DNA of 32,000 nucleotides from Mycoplasma mycoides subsp. capri (GTDB lineage Bacteria; Bacillota_I; Bacilli_A; Mycoplasmatales; Mycoplasmataceae): NCBI RefSeq assembly GCF_018389705.1, contig NZ_CP065581.1, positions 210,001 to 242,000 of the forward strand, read 5' to 3'. Shown piece by piece: positions 1 to 10,667 of this stretch (position 1 is its first letter; each line of letters starts with the position of its first letter). The notes under the pieces were generated by a model. It saw only the letters and a program-made list of their open reading frames with translations, ran no database searches and was not told where the DNA came from. The position numbers and the translations under genes were made by a program.

Positions 1-102
1 ATACTAGCTATTTTAATAGGAACACTTGTAATGACATTAATACTAGGGTTCTGAAAAAAAGTAGATATTAATAAAGGACGTTTACAATTAGTTCAAGTTT
101 AA
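1..102 (+). CDS. C-terminal fragment of an integral membrane protein (gene starts upstream of window)
   Basis: Frame 1 is open from base 1 to TAA at 100-102. Translation is ILAILIGTLVMTLILGFWKKVDINKGRLQLVQV, a hydrophobic helix with one TGA=Trp. A hairpin terminator follows. Confidence 0.5.
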
Positions 103-107
103 AATAG

Positions 108-131
108 ATCCTCTTTTTAAGAGGATTTTTA
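108..131 (+). terminator. Rho-independent terminator
   Basis: Stem ATCCTC (108-113) / GAGGAT (121-126) followed by a T-run. Confidence 0.6.
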
Positions 132-144
132 ATTAGAAATAAAA

Positions 145-172
145 AATCCTATTTTATAACTAAAATAGGATT
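145..172 (-). terminator. Rho-independent terminator downstream of deoA/pdp
   Basis: Perfect 12-bp inverted repeat AATCCTATTTTA / TAAAATAGGATT with a 4-nt loop. On the minus strand it is followed by a T-rich run. Confidence 0.5.
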
Positions 173-184
173 AATTATTATTCA

Positions 185-1498
185 TTATTTCACATCTTCA
201 GATATGATTTCTCAGATCACTTTTTTGACGGGCTGTTGCTCTAGTAATTCGTATGACTCATGTATTTCTTTTTCTCATTTTGGATTAATTTCTCTATTTG
301 TATAAAGAGTCATAATTGTATCGCCAGCATTAACATAATCACCATATTGCTTATCAAAATAAATTCCAGCTCCATGATCAATTTTATCTGTTTTTTTAAA
401 TCTTCCAGCACCAATTTCTATTAAAATCATTCCGATTTCTTCAGCTCTTTTATATCTAATATATCCACTATTTGTTGCTTTAATTTCTAGTTTATTTTTA
501 CAACTAAAGTGTTTATCATAATTTTCTAAAACACTTCAATCTCCACCTTGAGCAATTACAAAGTCTTTTAGATAATGTGCAGCTTCTTTTGATTTTAATT
601 TCTTTAAAACATCTTGTTTAGCTTCATTTAAATCAGCAAATACTTTAGCTTGTAATAAAGTAATTCCAACTAGAGTTGCAATTAGTTCATTAAAATCACT
701 AGGTCCATTACCATTTAAAGTTTCTCAAGCTTCTTTAACTTCTAAAGCATTTCCCATAGCTCTACCTAATGGTTTTTCCATATTAGTTAAAACTACAGCT
801 ACTTTTCTATTATATTGTTTTCCAACTTCAATCATACGATTAGCTAAATCTTTAGCATCTTCAATTGTTGTCATAAATGCACCATTACCAGTTTTAACAT
901 CTAATATTAAACCATCATTTTCAACAATCATTTTTTTACTCATAATTGAAGCAACAATTAAAGGCATTGAATCTATTGTTCCTGTTACATCTCTTAAGGC
1001 ATAAATTTTTTTATCAGCTGGAACAATATTATCTGATTGAGCAATAATGCTCATATTTGTTTTATTAATTACATCTACAAACTCATCATTTGTAACTTCA
1101 CATTTTCATCCTGGAAATGATTCTAATTTATCAATAGTTCCACCAGTTTTTCCTAAACCTCTTCCAGATAATTTACATACTTTAATTCCATAACTTGCAA
1201 CTAGTGGTGCATAAACTAAACTAGTTTTATCTCCAACTCCTCCAGTTGAGTGTTTATCTGCTTTAAAACCACTAACTTTAGATAAATCATATCTATCTCC
1301 AGATTCAATATAAGCTTTAGTTAAATAAGCAGTTTCTTTAGCTGTCATATCTGTAAAATAAGTAGCCATGCAAAAACTAGCCATTTGATAATCAGTAATT
1401 TCACCTTTTGTATAACTATTAATTAATCAAGAGATTTCTTGTTCAGTTAATTCTATATTATGTTTCTTTTTTTCTATTATATCTGCAAATGTAAACAT
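185..1498 (-). CDS. deoA: Pyrimidine-nucleoside (thymidine) phosphorylase, 437 aa
   Basis: ORF-track fragments 725-1054 and 1106-1384 share one frame and are joined by TGA=Trp codons. ATG is at 1498-1496 and TAA at 187-185 (traced codon by codon). N-terminus is [14 protein letters not shown]. The family signature [12 protein letters not shown] and [18 protein letters not shown] are present. Confidence 0.93.
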
Positions 1499-1568
1499 TT
1501 ATATACCAACTTTCTATTTGTCTATTTTTATTATACTTTTAAAATCAATATTATTTTGAACATTAATT

Positions 1569-1597
1569 TTGACAATTTTAGTATTGGGTTTTAAAAT
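1569..1597 (+). promoter_or_regulatory. Candidate sigma70-type promoter for the mutase-deoC operon
   Basis: TTGACA (1569-1574), 17-nt spacer, TAAAAT (1592-1597). A second candidate, an extended -10 TGCTATAAT, lies at 1616-1624. Confidence 0.4.
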
Positions 1598-1659
1598 AGT
1601 AAAATATTTCATAGGTGCTATAATAACTATACATAAAAATGTCATTAAGGAGTAAAAAA

Positions 1660-3336
1660 ATGAGTTTTAACAAATTAGATCAAACTTATTTAGATTGAAT
1701 TAATCATCCTAATTTAGATCAAGAATTAAAAGAATTATTAAATAAAGCAGATGATAATGAATTAAATGCTGCTTTTAATTTGGAATTAAAATTTGGAACA
1801 GCAGGAATTAGAGGAATACTAGGAGCTGGTCCTGGTAGATTTAATGTTTATACTATTAAAAAAGTAACAATAGCTTATGCTAAATTATTACAAACAAAAT
1901 ATAGTAATGACTTAAATAAAGGTGTTGTTATTGGTCATGATAATAGACATAATTCTAAAAAATTTGCTAAATTAGTAGCAGATATTTTAACAAGTTTTAA
2001 TATTAAGGCTTATTTATTTAAAAATAATGATCTTCAACCAACACCAGTAGTTAGTTTTGCAACAAAAGCTTTAAATTGTATTGGTGGAATTGTTATAACT
2101 GCTTCTCATAATCCAGCTGAGTATAATGGATATAAAATTTATGATCCATATGGGTGTCAATTAATGCCACATGATACTGATGTTATTGCTAGTTATATGA
2201 ATGAAATTACAAATATTTTAGATTGAACATTTATATCAAACAATAATTTATTAGAAATTGTTGATCAAAGTGTAATTGATAAATATTTTGAAATGATTAA
2301 AAACTTAGAATTTTATAAAAATCAAGATAAATCTAATCTAAAAATTATTTATTCAGCTGTAAATGGAACTGGAAGCTTATATACTCCAATTGTTTTAAAA
2401 CAATCAGGATATGAAGTTATAGAAGTAAAAGAACACGCTTTTGAAGATGAGACTTTTAAAAATGTAATTAATCCTAATCCTGAATTTGATCCAGCATGAA
2501 AAATACCACTAGAATATGCTAAAAAATATGATGCTGATATTATTATTTTAAATGATCCAGATGCTGATAGATTTGGTATGGCTATTAAGCATAATAATGA
2601 ATTTATTAGATTAAATGGTAATCAAACTGGAGCTATTTTAATTGATTGAAAACTAAGTAATTTAAAACGTTTAAATAAATTACCAAAAAACCCAGCTTTA
2701 TATTCTAGTTTTGTTACAAGTGATCTTGGTGATAGAATTGCTAGTGAAACTTATAATGCTAATGTAGTTAAGACTTTAACTGGATTTAAATGAATGGGTC
2801 AAGAAATGTTAAAAGAGCCTTTAAATGGTTTAAATTTTGTGTTTGCTTATGAAGAAAGTTATGGTTATGTAATTGATGATTCAACAAGAGATAAAGATGG
2901 AATTCAAGCATCAATTATTGCAGCTGAAGCTTGTTGATATTATAAAAATCAAAATATGACTTTAGTTGATTATTTAAATCAGTTATATGAAAAATATGGA
3001 TATTATTACACAACTACTTATAATTTAAACTTTAAACCTGAAGAAAAAGATTCAAAAATTGCTCCAATTATGAAATTATTAAGAACTACAGGAATTAAAC
3101 AAATTAATAATTTAAAAGTAGTTAAAATTGAAGATTATATTAATGGGTTATATAATATGCCTTCTGAAGATTTATTAAAAATTTATTTAGAAGATAAATC
3201 TTGAATTGCAATTAGACCATCAGGAACAGAACCTAAATTAAAAATTTATTTTGTAATAGTTGATAGTTCCTTACAAAAAGCAGAAAATAAAGCTGAAAAG
3301 ATCTATACAGAATTAAAAACAATTTTAAATATTTAG
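1660..3336 (+). CDS. manB: Phosphoglucomutase/phosphomannomutase-family phosphosugar mutase, 558 aa (likely the pentose-phosphate mutase of the deo cluster)
   Basis: ATG at 1660 is preceded by AAGGAG. Track fragments 1780-2226, 2293-2499 and 2956-3204 are all in frame and joined by TGA=Trp. FGTAGIRG and the active-site [13 protein letters not shown] are present. TAG is at 3334-3336. Confidence 0.9.
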
Positions 3337-3347
3337 AAAGTAAATTT

Positions 3348-4016
3348 ATGGAAATTAAATTAAATAAATATATTGATCACACTTTATTAAAACCAGAAGC
3401 AACCAAACAAGATATTATTAATTTATGTAATCAAGCAATCCAATATGATTTTGCAACAGTTTGTGTTAATACTTGTTGAACTAGTCTTTGTAAAGAATTA
3501 TTAAAAAATAGTAATGTAGGTATTACAAATGTTGTTGGTTTTCCATTAGGTGCTTGTCTAACTGAAGTTAAAGTTTTTGAAACTAAAAAAGCAATTGAAA
3601 ACGGTTGTGATGAAATTGATATGGTACTAAACATTGGTGCTTTAAAAGATAAAGATTATGATTTAGTTTTAAATGATATGAAAGAAGTCAAAAAAGCAGC
3701 TAATGATCATGTTGTTAAAGTTATTTTAGAAAACTGTTTATTAACAGAACAAGAAATTATTAAAGCTTGTGAATTAGCTGTTCAAGCAGGAATAGATTTT
3801 GTTAAAACTTCAACAGGGTTTAACAAATCTGGAGCTAATATTAAAGATGTTAAATTAATGAGTGAAGTTGTTAAAAGCAAAGCCAAGGTTAAAGCTGCTG
3901 GTGGAGTTAGAACTTATGATGATGCAATTGCAATGATAAATGCTGGAGCAAGTAGACTTGGAACTAGTGGATCTGTTGAAATAATGTTAAAACAAGAAAA
4001 TAAAAGTAATTATTAA
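3348..4016 (+). CDS. deoC: Deoxyribose-phosphate aldolase, 222 aa
   Basis: ATG at 3348 is in frame with track ORF 3621-4016. N-terminus is [19 protein letters not shown]. The Schiff-base lysine context DFVKTSTGF is present. Confidence 0.93.
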
Positions 4017-4024
4017 TATAAAAT

Positions 4025-4064
4025 AAGCCCCTTATTATTTGATTAAAAATCAAAAAAGGGGCTT
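4025..4064. terminator. Bidirectional hairpin terminator between convergent deoC and abiEii
   Basis: AAGCCCCTT (4025-4033) pairs with AAGGGGCTT (4056-4064). An inner TTTGATT/AATCAAA pairing extends the stem. Both flanks are T/A-rich. Confidence 0.7.
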
Positions 4065-4080
4065 TTATTATTGTAATTTT

Positions 4081-5082
4081 TTAATTTGTTTTTAGTTTAT
4101 CATTAATTTCAACTTCTAGTTTTTTTAGTGTTTCAAATATTTGTTCTATTGATGGTATATGTCCATAAAACATATTTTTCATATCAACATAATCTTTTTT
4201 AACTTGCTCTAGTCTAAAATCATTTGGTATTAATTTTAAATTCTTATTTTCTAAAACATCATCATAATTTGCAGATTTTGATCAATAAAATTTCTTTTTA
4301 AATTGAGTAGCATCTAAAAGTAAATTTATATCATCAAGAGCTTTTTTCTTATAAACTGAATTATATAAGCAATACAAATCATAATAATGTCTAGCATATC
4401 TAGTATTAAGTGGTTTTTCTTCAGACTTATTACATACAGAGTGTAAAATAAGTGTTTTTTCTCAAAAAGTTCTTTCAGGACTAATAGTTCTTATAATAGC
4501 AGATTGTTTAAATACATCAGGATATACTTCAGAAATTAAAGGCTTGATTTTTACATCTTCAGCAGGAGTTGACTTACCAAGACAACCTATTTCTAGTCTA
4601 ATATTTTTAGTTAAATAGGTTTGAGAAAATAGCTTAGGATAACTACATAAAACACTGTTTGGATCTTCTGGATCAATTCAAAATTCTAAATTATATTTAT
4701 TTAAATCTTCATTTAATGTTTTTACAAATTCATCTTTTAAAAAGACTATTGTTTTTTCATTTAATGCTGTATTAAATCTACTTTGGCTGCTTTTAGTTCT
4801 TTCAATGTATGGTTCGTTGTTTTCATAACCTACAACTTTTCAATCTAATATTAAATCTATATCTTCAGAAAACCTTTCAATTAAATTAAAACATTTAGAA
4901 AGTGAGGTTCCACCTTTAAAAGTAAATGAATTAGATCATTTACTTTCACTAAAAATATAATCTAATAAAAAACTAACTCAATAATCTTTTTCTACAACCT
5001 CTCTTGGTCAATCTCTTATATCAGCTGCATTTGATATTAAAACTCTTAGTTCTGAATCTGTTTTTACATAAAATTTATTCAT
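4081..5082 (-). CDS. abiEii: AbiEii/DUF1814-type nucleotidyltransferase toxin (type IV TA), 333 aa
   Basis: Fully traced codon by codon from ATG 5082 to TAA 4083-4081, with 9 in-frame TGA=Trp and no TAA/TAG. Motifs FKGGTSLSK and ERFSEDIDL match the GG[ST]...DxD nucleotidyltransferase signatures of AbiEii. Confidence 0.8.
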
Positions 5083-5683
5083 ATTGTTCCTTACAAATTT
5101 CTTTAATATAATCATAGATTCATACAGTTGTACAACTTGCTTCTTTTAGCAAATTTTTCTTTTCAACTTCAGATAATCTATGTCTGATTCTACCAATGTC
5201 CTTTTTTGTTAAATTGTTCTTACCAACTTCTTTAATAGCTTGAATAACAATTTTTGTTTTTAAAGACATATTTGAAATTTCTTTATTACTAACTTTTTTA
5301 AATTCTATAACCTTTCTATTTATTCTATATGTTTTATTTTTTCCATTGGTTACATAAATATTTTTAGCTGGAACTTGCGTTGATAAACCTAATATATTAA
5401 GACAAGCAATACCAAAAGGAGCAATTTCTCAATTATATTTTCTAGCAATAGAAATTGCTAATTCATGAACTCCAAATGCTTCATATTCTTGAATAAGTTC
5501 ACTATAAGCAGGACTATAATAAAAACCATTCATAATTCTTTTGATTTTTTGTTCTTCTACTAGTTTATTTAAAGTTCTACGAACAGTTTCATTAGAAGCA
5601 ATATCTAAAAAATCATTACTAATAAAAATTGTTCCAGGTTCAAAGTGATCAATTCTATTTTGAATTTGTGATAAATATGACAT
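5075..5683 (-). CDS. abiEi: AbiEi-like antitoxin / wHTH transcriptional regulator, 202 aa
   Basis: Track ORF 5429-5683 continues through TGA=Trp to TAA at 5077-5075. The N-terminal segment NETVRRTLNKLVEEQKIKRIMNGFYY resembles the AbiEi wHTH. The stop overlaps the abiEii start (ATGAATAA, 8-nt overlap). Confidence 0.72.
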
Positions 5684-5708
5684 AATTTTTTACTCCTTTC
5701 TCCCAAAA

Positions 5709-5717
5709 ATTATATCA
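5709..5717 (-). promoter_or_regulatory. Candidate extended -10 element (TGATATAAT) for the abiE cassette
   Basis: The minus strand reads TGATATAAT about 25 nt upstream of an AAAGGAG RBS and ATG 5683. The -35 is weak. Confidence 0.35.
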
Positions 5718-5734
5718 TATTCGGGATAAATTAG

Positions 5735-5767
5735 AAAAAATAAAAACTAGCACCCTGATAGTGCTAG
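5735..5767 (-). terminator. Rho-independent terminator of the nagB-tpiA-HAD-gpmI operon
   Basis: Stem CTAGCAC (5747-5753) / GTGCTAG (5761-5767) with a 7-nt loop. On the minus strand it is followed by TTTTTATTTTTT. Confidence 0.7.
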
Positions 5768-5780
5768 TTATTTTTAGATT

Positions 5781-7376
5781 CTAATTATGATCAATCATTG
5801 ATTCTAATTCCATTTCTTTTGGAATTTCAATGTTCATTAAATCTAAAATAGTTGGAGCAACTTTAGCAATTGCTGGATCGTTTTGTTTTAGTTTAATATT
5901 TAGATCAGTAATTATAATTGGAACTAATGAAGTTGTATGTTTTTTATTTACTTGTCCATCTTTATCAATCATTATTTCAGCATTACCATGATCTGCTGTA
6001 ATCACCATAATTCCATTATGTCTTAAAACAAATTCTTCATGAATACGTTTTAATTGTTCGTCTAAAGTTTTACATGCAATTTCAGTGGCTTTATTATTTC
6101 CAGTATGACCTACCATATCACAATTTGCAAAGTTTAAAACTATAAAATCAAATTCATCTTTTTTAATTTCGTCTAATAGTTTATCTGTAATTTCAACGGC
6201 TGACATTTGTGGTTTTAAATCATAAGTTGCAACTTTTGCTGAAGGAATTAAATCAATATAAGCATTAGCTAAAGTAATTTCATCATTTTTTGCTAAACCA
6301 TTTTTAAAATAGTCATTTCCTCCATCAAAAAAGAAAGTAACATGAGCAATTTTTTCAGTTTCAGCAATTCTTAATTGTTTTAATCCAAGTTTAGATAAAT
6401 ACTGACCTAAAGTATTTGTTAAAGGTTTTGGTGGATAAGCAATATGTGGTGAAGTTATACTATCTGAATATTTCATCATAGAAACAAATCTAATTTTATC
6501 TCCAATAAACTCAGCATCACTAAATGCTTCACTTTGTCAAGCTATATAGTTTTTATTAGTTAAAATTGATGAAATTTGAATAGCTCTATCTGGACGAAAA
6601 TTAGTCATAATAATTGCATCATTTGCTTTTAAATTACCATTTAAATCATCTTGATTAAATGCTGGAATAATCATTTCATCATCGTGATTTATCATATATT
6701 CTTGTTGGATGTAATCTAAAATATTTGTAAATGATCTAACATTATTTCTATTAGTAATAGCATTATAAGCAATACGTGATCTATCAAATCTTTTATCACG
6801 ATCCATTGCATAATATCTTCCACTAATTGAAGAAATCACACCAATATTATTATTTTGTTTTATTAATTCTAATAAATCTTTAACAAAATCATAAGCTAAT
6901 TTTGGTTTAGTATCTCTTCCATCAGTAATTAAATCAAACTTAATATTTGTAATACCATAATCAATTGCTGCTTTATAAATAGCTATCATATGATCAAAAT
7001 GAGAATGAACACCACCATTTGAAAATAATCCCATTAAATGTAAAGCGCTATTATTATTTTTTACATACTCAAAACTTTTAACAATTTCTTCATTTTTTGC
7101 TATGTTATTAGTTTTTGTTTCATGATTTAGTTTTGCTAAAGATTCTAAATTAATTCTTCCAGCTCCTAAATGAATATGTCCAACTTCAGAGTTTCCCATT
7201 TGATTATCAGGTAGACCTACTCATTTTCCTGAAGCGTGAGCTTTTAGTCAAGGATAAGTTTTTTTTAAGTACTCTACAAATACCATATTTGCATTATCAA
7301 CAGCATTTCCTTTATCAGGTTCACTAATTCCTCAACCATCTAGAATTGCTAGTAAAACTGGTCTTTTTACTTTCAT
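5781..7376 (-). CDS. gpmI: 2,3-bisphosphoglycerate-independent phosphoglycerate mutase, 531 aa
   Basis: Track fragments 5781-6479 and 6537-7199 are in one frame and extend to ATG 7376. N-terminus is MKVKRPVLLAILDGWGISEP. NSEVGHIHLGAGR, DGRDT and ITADHGNAE motifs are present. Confidence 0.95.
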
Positions 7377-7378
7377 TT

Positions 7379-8215
7379 TTATTCTCCTAGTATATAGTGT
7401 TTAATAAATTCTTCAACTGCGCCTTGTTCAGCTGTTTTATCTATATAAATATTTGCTATTTTTTTAATTGGTTCAACTGAGTTTTTAATAGCTACTTTAT
7501 ATCCTACATGATTTATCATTTCTCAATCATTCATTCCATCACCAATTGCTGCAATGTTTTTTAAATCAATATTAAAATAGTTTGAAAATCATTCTACAGC
7601 TAATTTCTTATTAACATTTTTTTTATTAATTTCTGCTAGTTTATTATCATTTGTAGCTATGTTAAAATTCAATTCATTAACTAAAATATCATAAAATTCT
7701 TTGTTTGCATCAAAACCTAAAAGCTTAAAGAATTTAAAATTAAAATCATCTTTAATATCTTTATATTCAAGAACTTGACCATCAAAAAAAACAGTTTCAT
7801 CATGATAATCACTTGGATTTTGAGTTCATTTATTAGTTATTACAGTTTTTAAATCATCAACATATCCTCAAATTTTAATATCACTATTTTTATATTTATC
7901 ACTAGTTACTAAATCAAATACTTTTTTTGCTTGATCTGTACTAATTGGATTTGATAATAAAATTTGATCTTTACTTAAATCATAAATACAAGCTGCGTTA
8001 TATCCAGCAATTAATTGATGATCAACTAACAAACCGTGATGTTTTAAACTATTTAGTTTTGCTAAAACAGGTCGTCCTGTAACAAAAACTACTTTAACTC
8101 CTTTATTTATTATTCTTTTTAATGGTTCAATATTTTTTTCTATAATAGGACCCATTTTATAATAACTAGTCCCATCCATATCTAATATTAATAACTTAAT
8201 CTCTGGTTTATTCAT
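7379..8215 (-). CDS. HAD-superfamily Cof-type sugar-phosphate phosphatase, 278 aa
   Basis: ATG at 8215. The DMDGT nucleophile motif ([11 protein letters not shown]) is present. The frame continues past TGA at 7868 to TAA at 7381-7379. The C-terminal GDGMND motif is present. Confidence 0.85.
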
Positions 8216-8954
8216 TATAGTTAACTAAACCTAAATAATCACTAGCTAATAAAGAAGCTCCTCCAACTAAAGCTCCATCAATATTTGGCATTTTTAAATA
8301 TTCTTGAATATTTGATGGTTTAACACTTCCACCATACTGAATAATAATTTGTTCAGCTGTATTTTTATCATAAATTTTTGCTAAATTATTTCTGATTTGT
8401 TTACATACTTCTTCAGCATCAATACTTGTTGCTGTTTTTCCAGTACCAATTGCTCAAATTGGTTCATAAGCAATAATTGCTTTGATTGCGTCTTCTTTTT
8501 TAATACCTTCAAACATTATATTAATTTGATTATTTACAAATTCAATAGTTTTTCCACTTTCTTTAGTTTGTAAAGTTTCACCACAACAAATAATTGGAGT
8601 TATATTATTTTCTAATAAAGCTTTAGCTTTTTTATTAACATCTAAATCAGTTTCATTAAACATTTCTCTTCTTTCAGAATGTCCAATAATTACATATTCA
8701 ACTCCGATTTCTTTTAGCATTGTAGTTGAAATTTCTCCAGTATAAGCACCCTTATCTTTATAATGTACGTTTTGAGCAGCTATTTTAACATTTTTTGCAA
8801 GTTTTAGCCCAGTTTGTAACATTACATAAGGTACAGCTAATCCCGCTATAATTTTTGAACTATCTATTTTATTATCTACTTGGTTTAAAAAATCTGTCAA
8901 ACTTTCATTAGTTCCATTCATTTTTCAATTACCAAAAATTACCTTTTTTTTCAT
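8208..8954 (-). CDS. tpiA: Triosephosphate isomerase, 248 aa
   Basis: ATG at 8954 ([15 protein letters not shown]). IIGHSERR and AYEPIWAIGTG are present. TAA at 8210-8208 overlaps the HAD start by 8 nt (ATGAATAA). Confidence 0.95.
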
Positions 8955-9050
8955 AATAGATTTACCTTTCAGATTAAATGCCTATATAATTATATATTTT
9001 TAAAACTCAATAAAATAATTATTATAAATAAGCAAATAAAAAAAGCTAAT

Positions 9051-9785
9051 CTAATTAGCTTTTAAATTAGTTAATTTACTTGCTGCATTTTTATCAATAA
9101 TTATTGTGACATCATTATGTTTTTGTAATATTGTACAAGGTCATTTTTTTGTAATTTGTCCTTGAATTAAATGATAAATAGCTTCAGATTTATTATCTCC
9201 AGTTGCTAGTAATAAAATTTTTTTAGCATTCATTATTGATTGTAAACCCATTGAAATTGCTTGAGTTGGTACTTGATCTATTGAATCAAAAAATCTTGAA
9301 TTTGCTTTAATAGTTGAATTTGTTAAATTAACAATTTGAGTTAAGGACTCAAAACTTGAATCTGGTTCATTAAATCCAATATGTCCATTAACTCCAAGTC
9401 CTAAAAGCTGTAAATCAATACCATTAGCTTTTTTAATTAGTTCATCATAAGCTTTTGGATTATCATAAAAACTAGCATTAGGTATATAACAATTATTTTT
9501 ATTTATATCAATAAAATTAAATAGTTGTTCGTTCATAAAATAATAATAAGATTGTTTACTATTTTTATCTATATCTTTATATTCATCTAAATTAAAACTA
9601 ATAACATCTTTAAAGCTAATTTGTTTTTCTTGATACATTTGAATTAGTTTTTTATAAGTATTAATTGGTGTGGAACCAGTTGCTAAACCTAATACACTAT
9701 TAGGTTTATTTTTGATTTGTTCACTTATAATTTGCGCTGCTTTATTTGCAACTTGTTCTTCATTTTCTAAAACTATTAGTTTCAT
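9051..9785 (-). CDS. nagB: Glucosamine-6-phosphate deaminase, 244 aa
   Basis: Track ORF 9141-9785 (LGLATGSTP, NLDEY, GVNGHIGFNEP) continues through TGA=Trp to TAG at 9053-9051. Confidence 0.92.
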
Positions 9786-9846
9786 AATTATTGCTCCAAT
9801 TACTAGTAAAAATATAAAGTAATTATATACTTATTAGTTTTTTAAA

Positions 9847-9874
9847 ATAAAAAAAAGTAGTCTTATGACTACTT
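9847..9874 (-). terminator. Terminator after the tRNA cluster
   Basis: Stem AAGTAGTC (9855-9862) / GACTACTT (9867-9874). A minus-strand T-run follows. Confidence 0.6.
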
Positions 9875-9892
9875 ATAATTTTTGTGTTCAAG

Positions 9893-9968
9893 TGGTGGTC
9901 GTGGACGGAATTGAACCGCCGACACGCAGAGCTTCAGTCTGCTGCTCTACCGACTGAGCTACACGACC
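9893..9968 (-). tRNA. trnF: tRNA-Phe (GAA), CCA encoded
   Basis: Reverse complement is GGTCGTGTAGCTCAGTCGGTAGAGCAGCAGACTGAAGCTCTGCG...CCACGACCACCA. It has a cloverleaf, a GTTCAATTC T-loop and anticodon GAA. Confidence 0.95.
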
Positions 9969-9976
9969 ATAAAAAA

Positions 9977-10053
9977 TGGCGACCCCAACGGGACTCGAAC
10001 CCGTGATCTCCTCCGTGACAGGGAGGCGCGATAACCAACTTCGCTATGGGGCC
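9977..10053 (-). tRNA. trnD: tRNA-Asp (GUC), CCA encoded
   Basis: Reverse complement is GGCCCCATAGCGAAGTTGGTTATCGCGCCTCCCTGTCACGGAGGAG...GGGGTCGCCA. Anticodon is GTC. Confidence 0.95.
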
Positions 10054-10055
10054 AT

Positions 10056-10131
10056 TGGTTGCGGGGGCAGGACTCGAACCTGCGGCCTCCGGGTTATGAG
10101 CCCGGCGAGCTACCAACTGCTCTACCCCGCG
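10056..10131 (-). tRNA. trnfM: Initiator tRNA-fMet (CAU), CCA encoded
   Basis: Reverse complement is CGCGGGGTAGAGCAGTTGGTAGCTCGCCGGGCTCATAACCCGG...CCCCGCAACCA. It has a C1:A72 mismatch and a GGG/CCC anticodon stem, both typical of bacterial initiators. Confidence 0.9.
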
Positions 10132-10153
10132 TTGTTTTTAAATTCTTAATAAA

Positions 10154-10246
10154 TGGCGGAAGATGAGGGATTCGAACCCCCGCTCGGGTTTCCCCGACTC
10201 TCGGTTTTCAAGACCGATCCCTTCAGCCGGACTTGGGTAATCTTCC
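10154..10246 (-). tRNA. trnS: tRNA-Ser (UGA), long variable arm, CCA encoded
   Basis: Reverse complement is GGAAGATTACCCAAGTCCGGCTGAAGGGATCGGTCTTGAAAACCGAGAGTCGGGGAAACCCGAGCGGGGGTTCGAATCCCTCATCTTCCGCCA. Confidence 0.93.
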
Positions 10247-10288
10247 GTACTACCATTCTTTCATACTAAAAATATTTTTATTTTAATA

Positions 10289-10365
10289 TGGTGGACCTTA
10301 TTGGACTTGAACCAATGACCGTCCGGTTATGAGCCGGATGCTCTAACCAACTGAGCTAAAGGTCC
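10289..10365 (-). tRNA. trnI: tRNA-Ile2 (CAU, lysidine-type), CCA encoded
   Basis: Reverse complement is GGACCTTTAGCTCAGTTGGTTAGAGCATCCGGCTCATAACCGGACGG...AAGGTCCACCA. Its position in the conserved Met-Ile-Ser order and its Ile2-like body support Ile rather than Met. Confidence 0.8.
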
Positions 10366-10376
10366 ATAAATAAATA

Positions 10377-10453
10377 TGGTAGCGGGGGAGAGAGTTGAAC
10401 TCTCGACCTTTCGGGTATGAACCGAACGCTCTAACCAACTGAGCTACCCCGCC
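10377..10453 (-). tRNA. trnM: Elongator tRNA-Met (CAU), CCA encoded
   Basis: Reverse complement is GGCGGGGTAGCTCAGTTGGTTAGAGCGTTCGGTTCATACCCGAAAGG...CCCCGCTACCA. The acceptor stem is fully paired, so it is not an initiator. Confidence 0.85.
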
Positions 10454-10457
10454 ATAA

Positions 10458-10533
10458 TGGTGGACCCTAACGGGATCGAACCGTCGACCCCCTGCGTGCA
10501 AGGCAGGTGCTCTCCCAGCTGAGCTAAGGGCCC
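10458..10533 (-). tRNA. trnA: tRNA-Ala (UGC), CCA encoded
   Basis: Reverse complement is GGGCCCTTAGCTCAGCTGGGAGAGCACCTGCCTTGCACGCAGGGGG...AGGGTCCACCA. The G3:U70 identity pair is present. Confidence 0.95.
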
Positions 10534-10543
10534 ATTATTATAA

Positions 10544-10620
10544 TGGTCGGGAAGACAGGATTTGAACCTGCGACCCTTCGGTCCCAAACCGAATGCTCTA
10601 CCAAACTGAGCCACTTCCCG
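10544..10620 (-). tRNA. trnP: tRNA-Pro (UGG), CCA encoded
   Basis: Reverse complement is CGGGAAGTGGCTCAGTTTGGTAGAGCATTCGGTTTGGGACCGAAGGG...CTTCCCGACCA. Confidence 0.95.
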
Positions 10621-10667
10621 AATACTTGTTATTATGTTTTAAAGATAATAACAATTTATTTTCTAAA

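Noticed and set aside
3431-3634. 67-aa minus-strand ORF
   Set aside because: It is antisense to deoC, whose + strand reading gives a full-length aldolase with the active-site lysine.
4081-5683. AbiE cassette as the undescribed system hinted at in the task
   Set aside because: Both components carry the recognised AbiEi/AbiEii signatures. It is a known TA/abortive-infection family, reported as a finding for its context only.
185-9785. Apparent pseudogenisation: many housekeeping genes split into 2-4 ORF fragments
   Set aside because: All breaks are TGA and no frameshifts are needed. Conserved motifs continue across the breaks, consistent with code 4 rather than gene decay.
9934-10116. 60-aa GC-rich ORF on the minus strand (and 79-aa + strand ORF at 10543-10782)
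   Set aside because: Both lie entirely over tRNA genes. The GC-rich tRNA sequence simply lacks stop codons.
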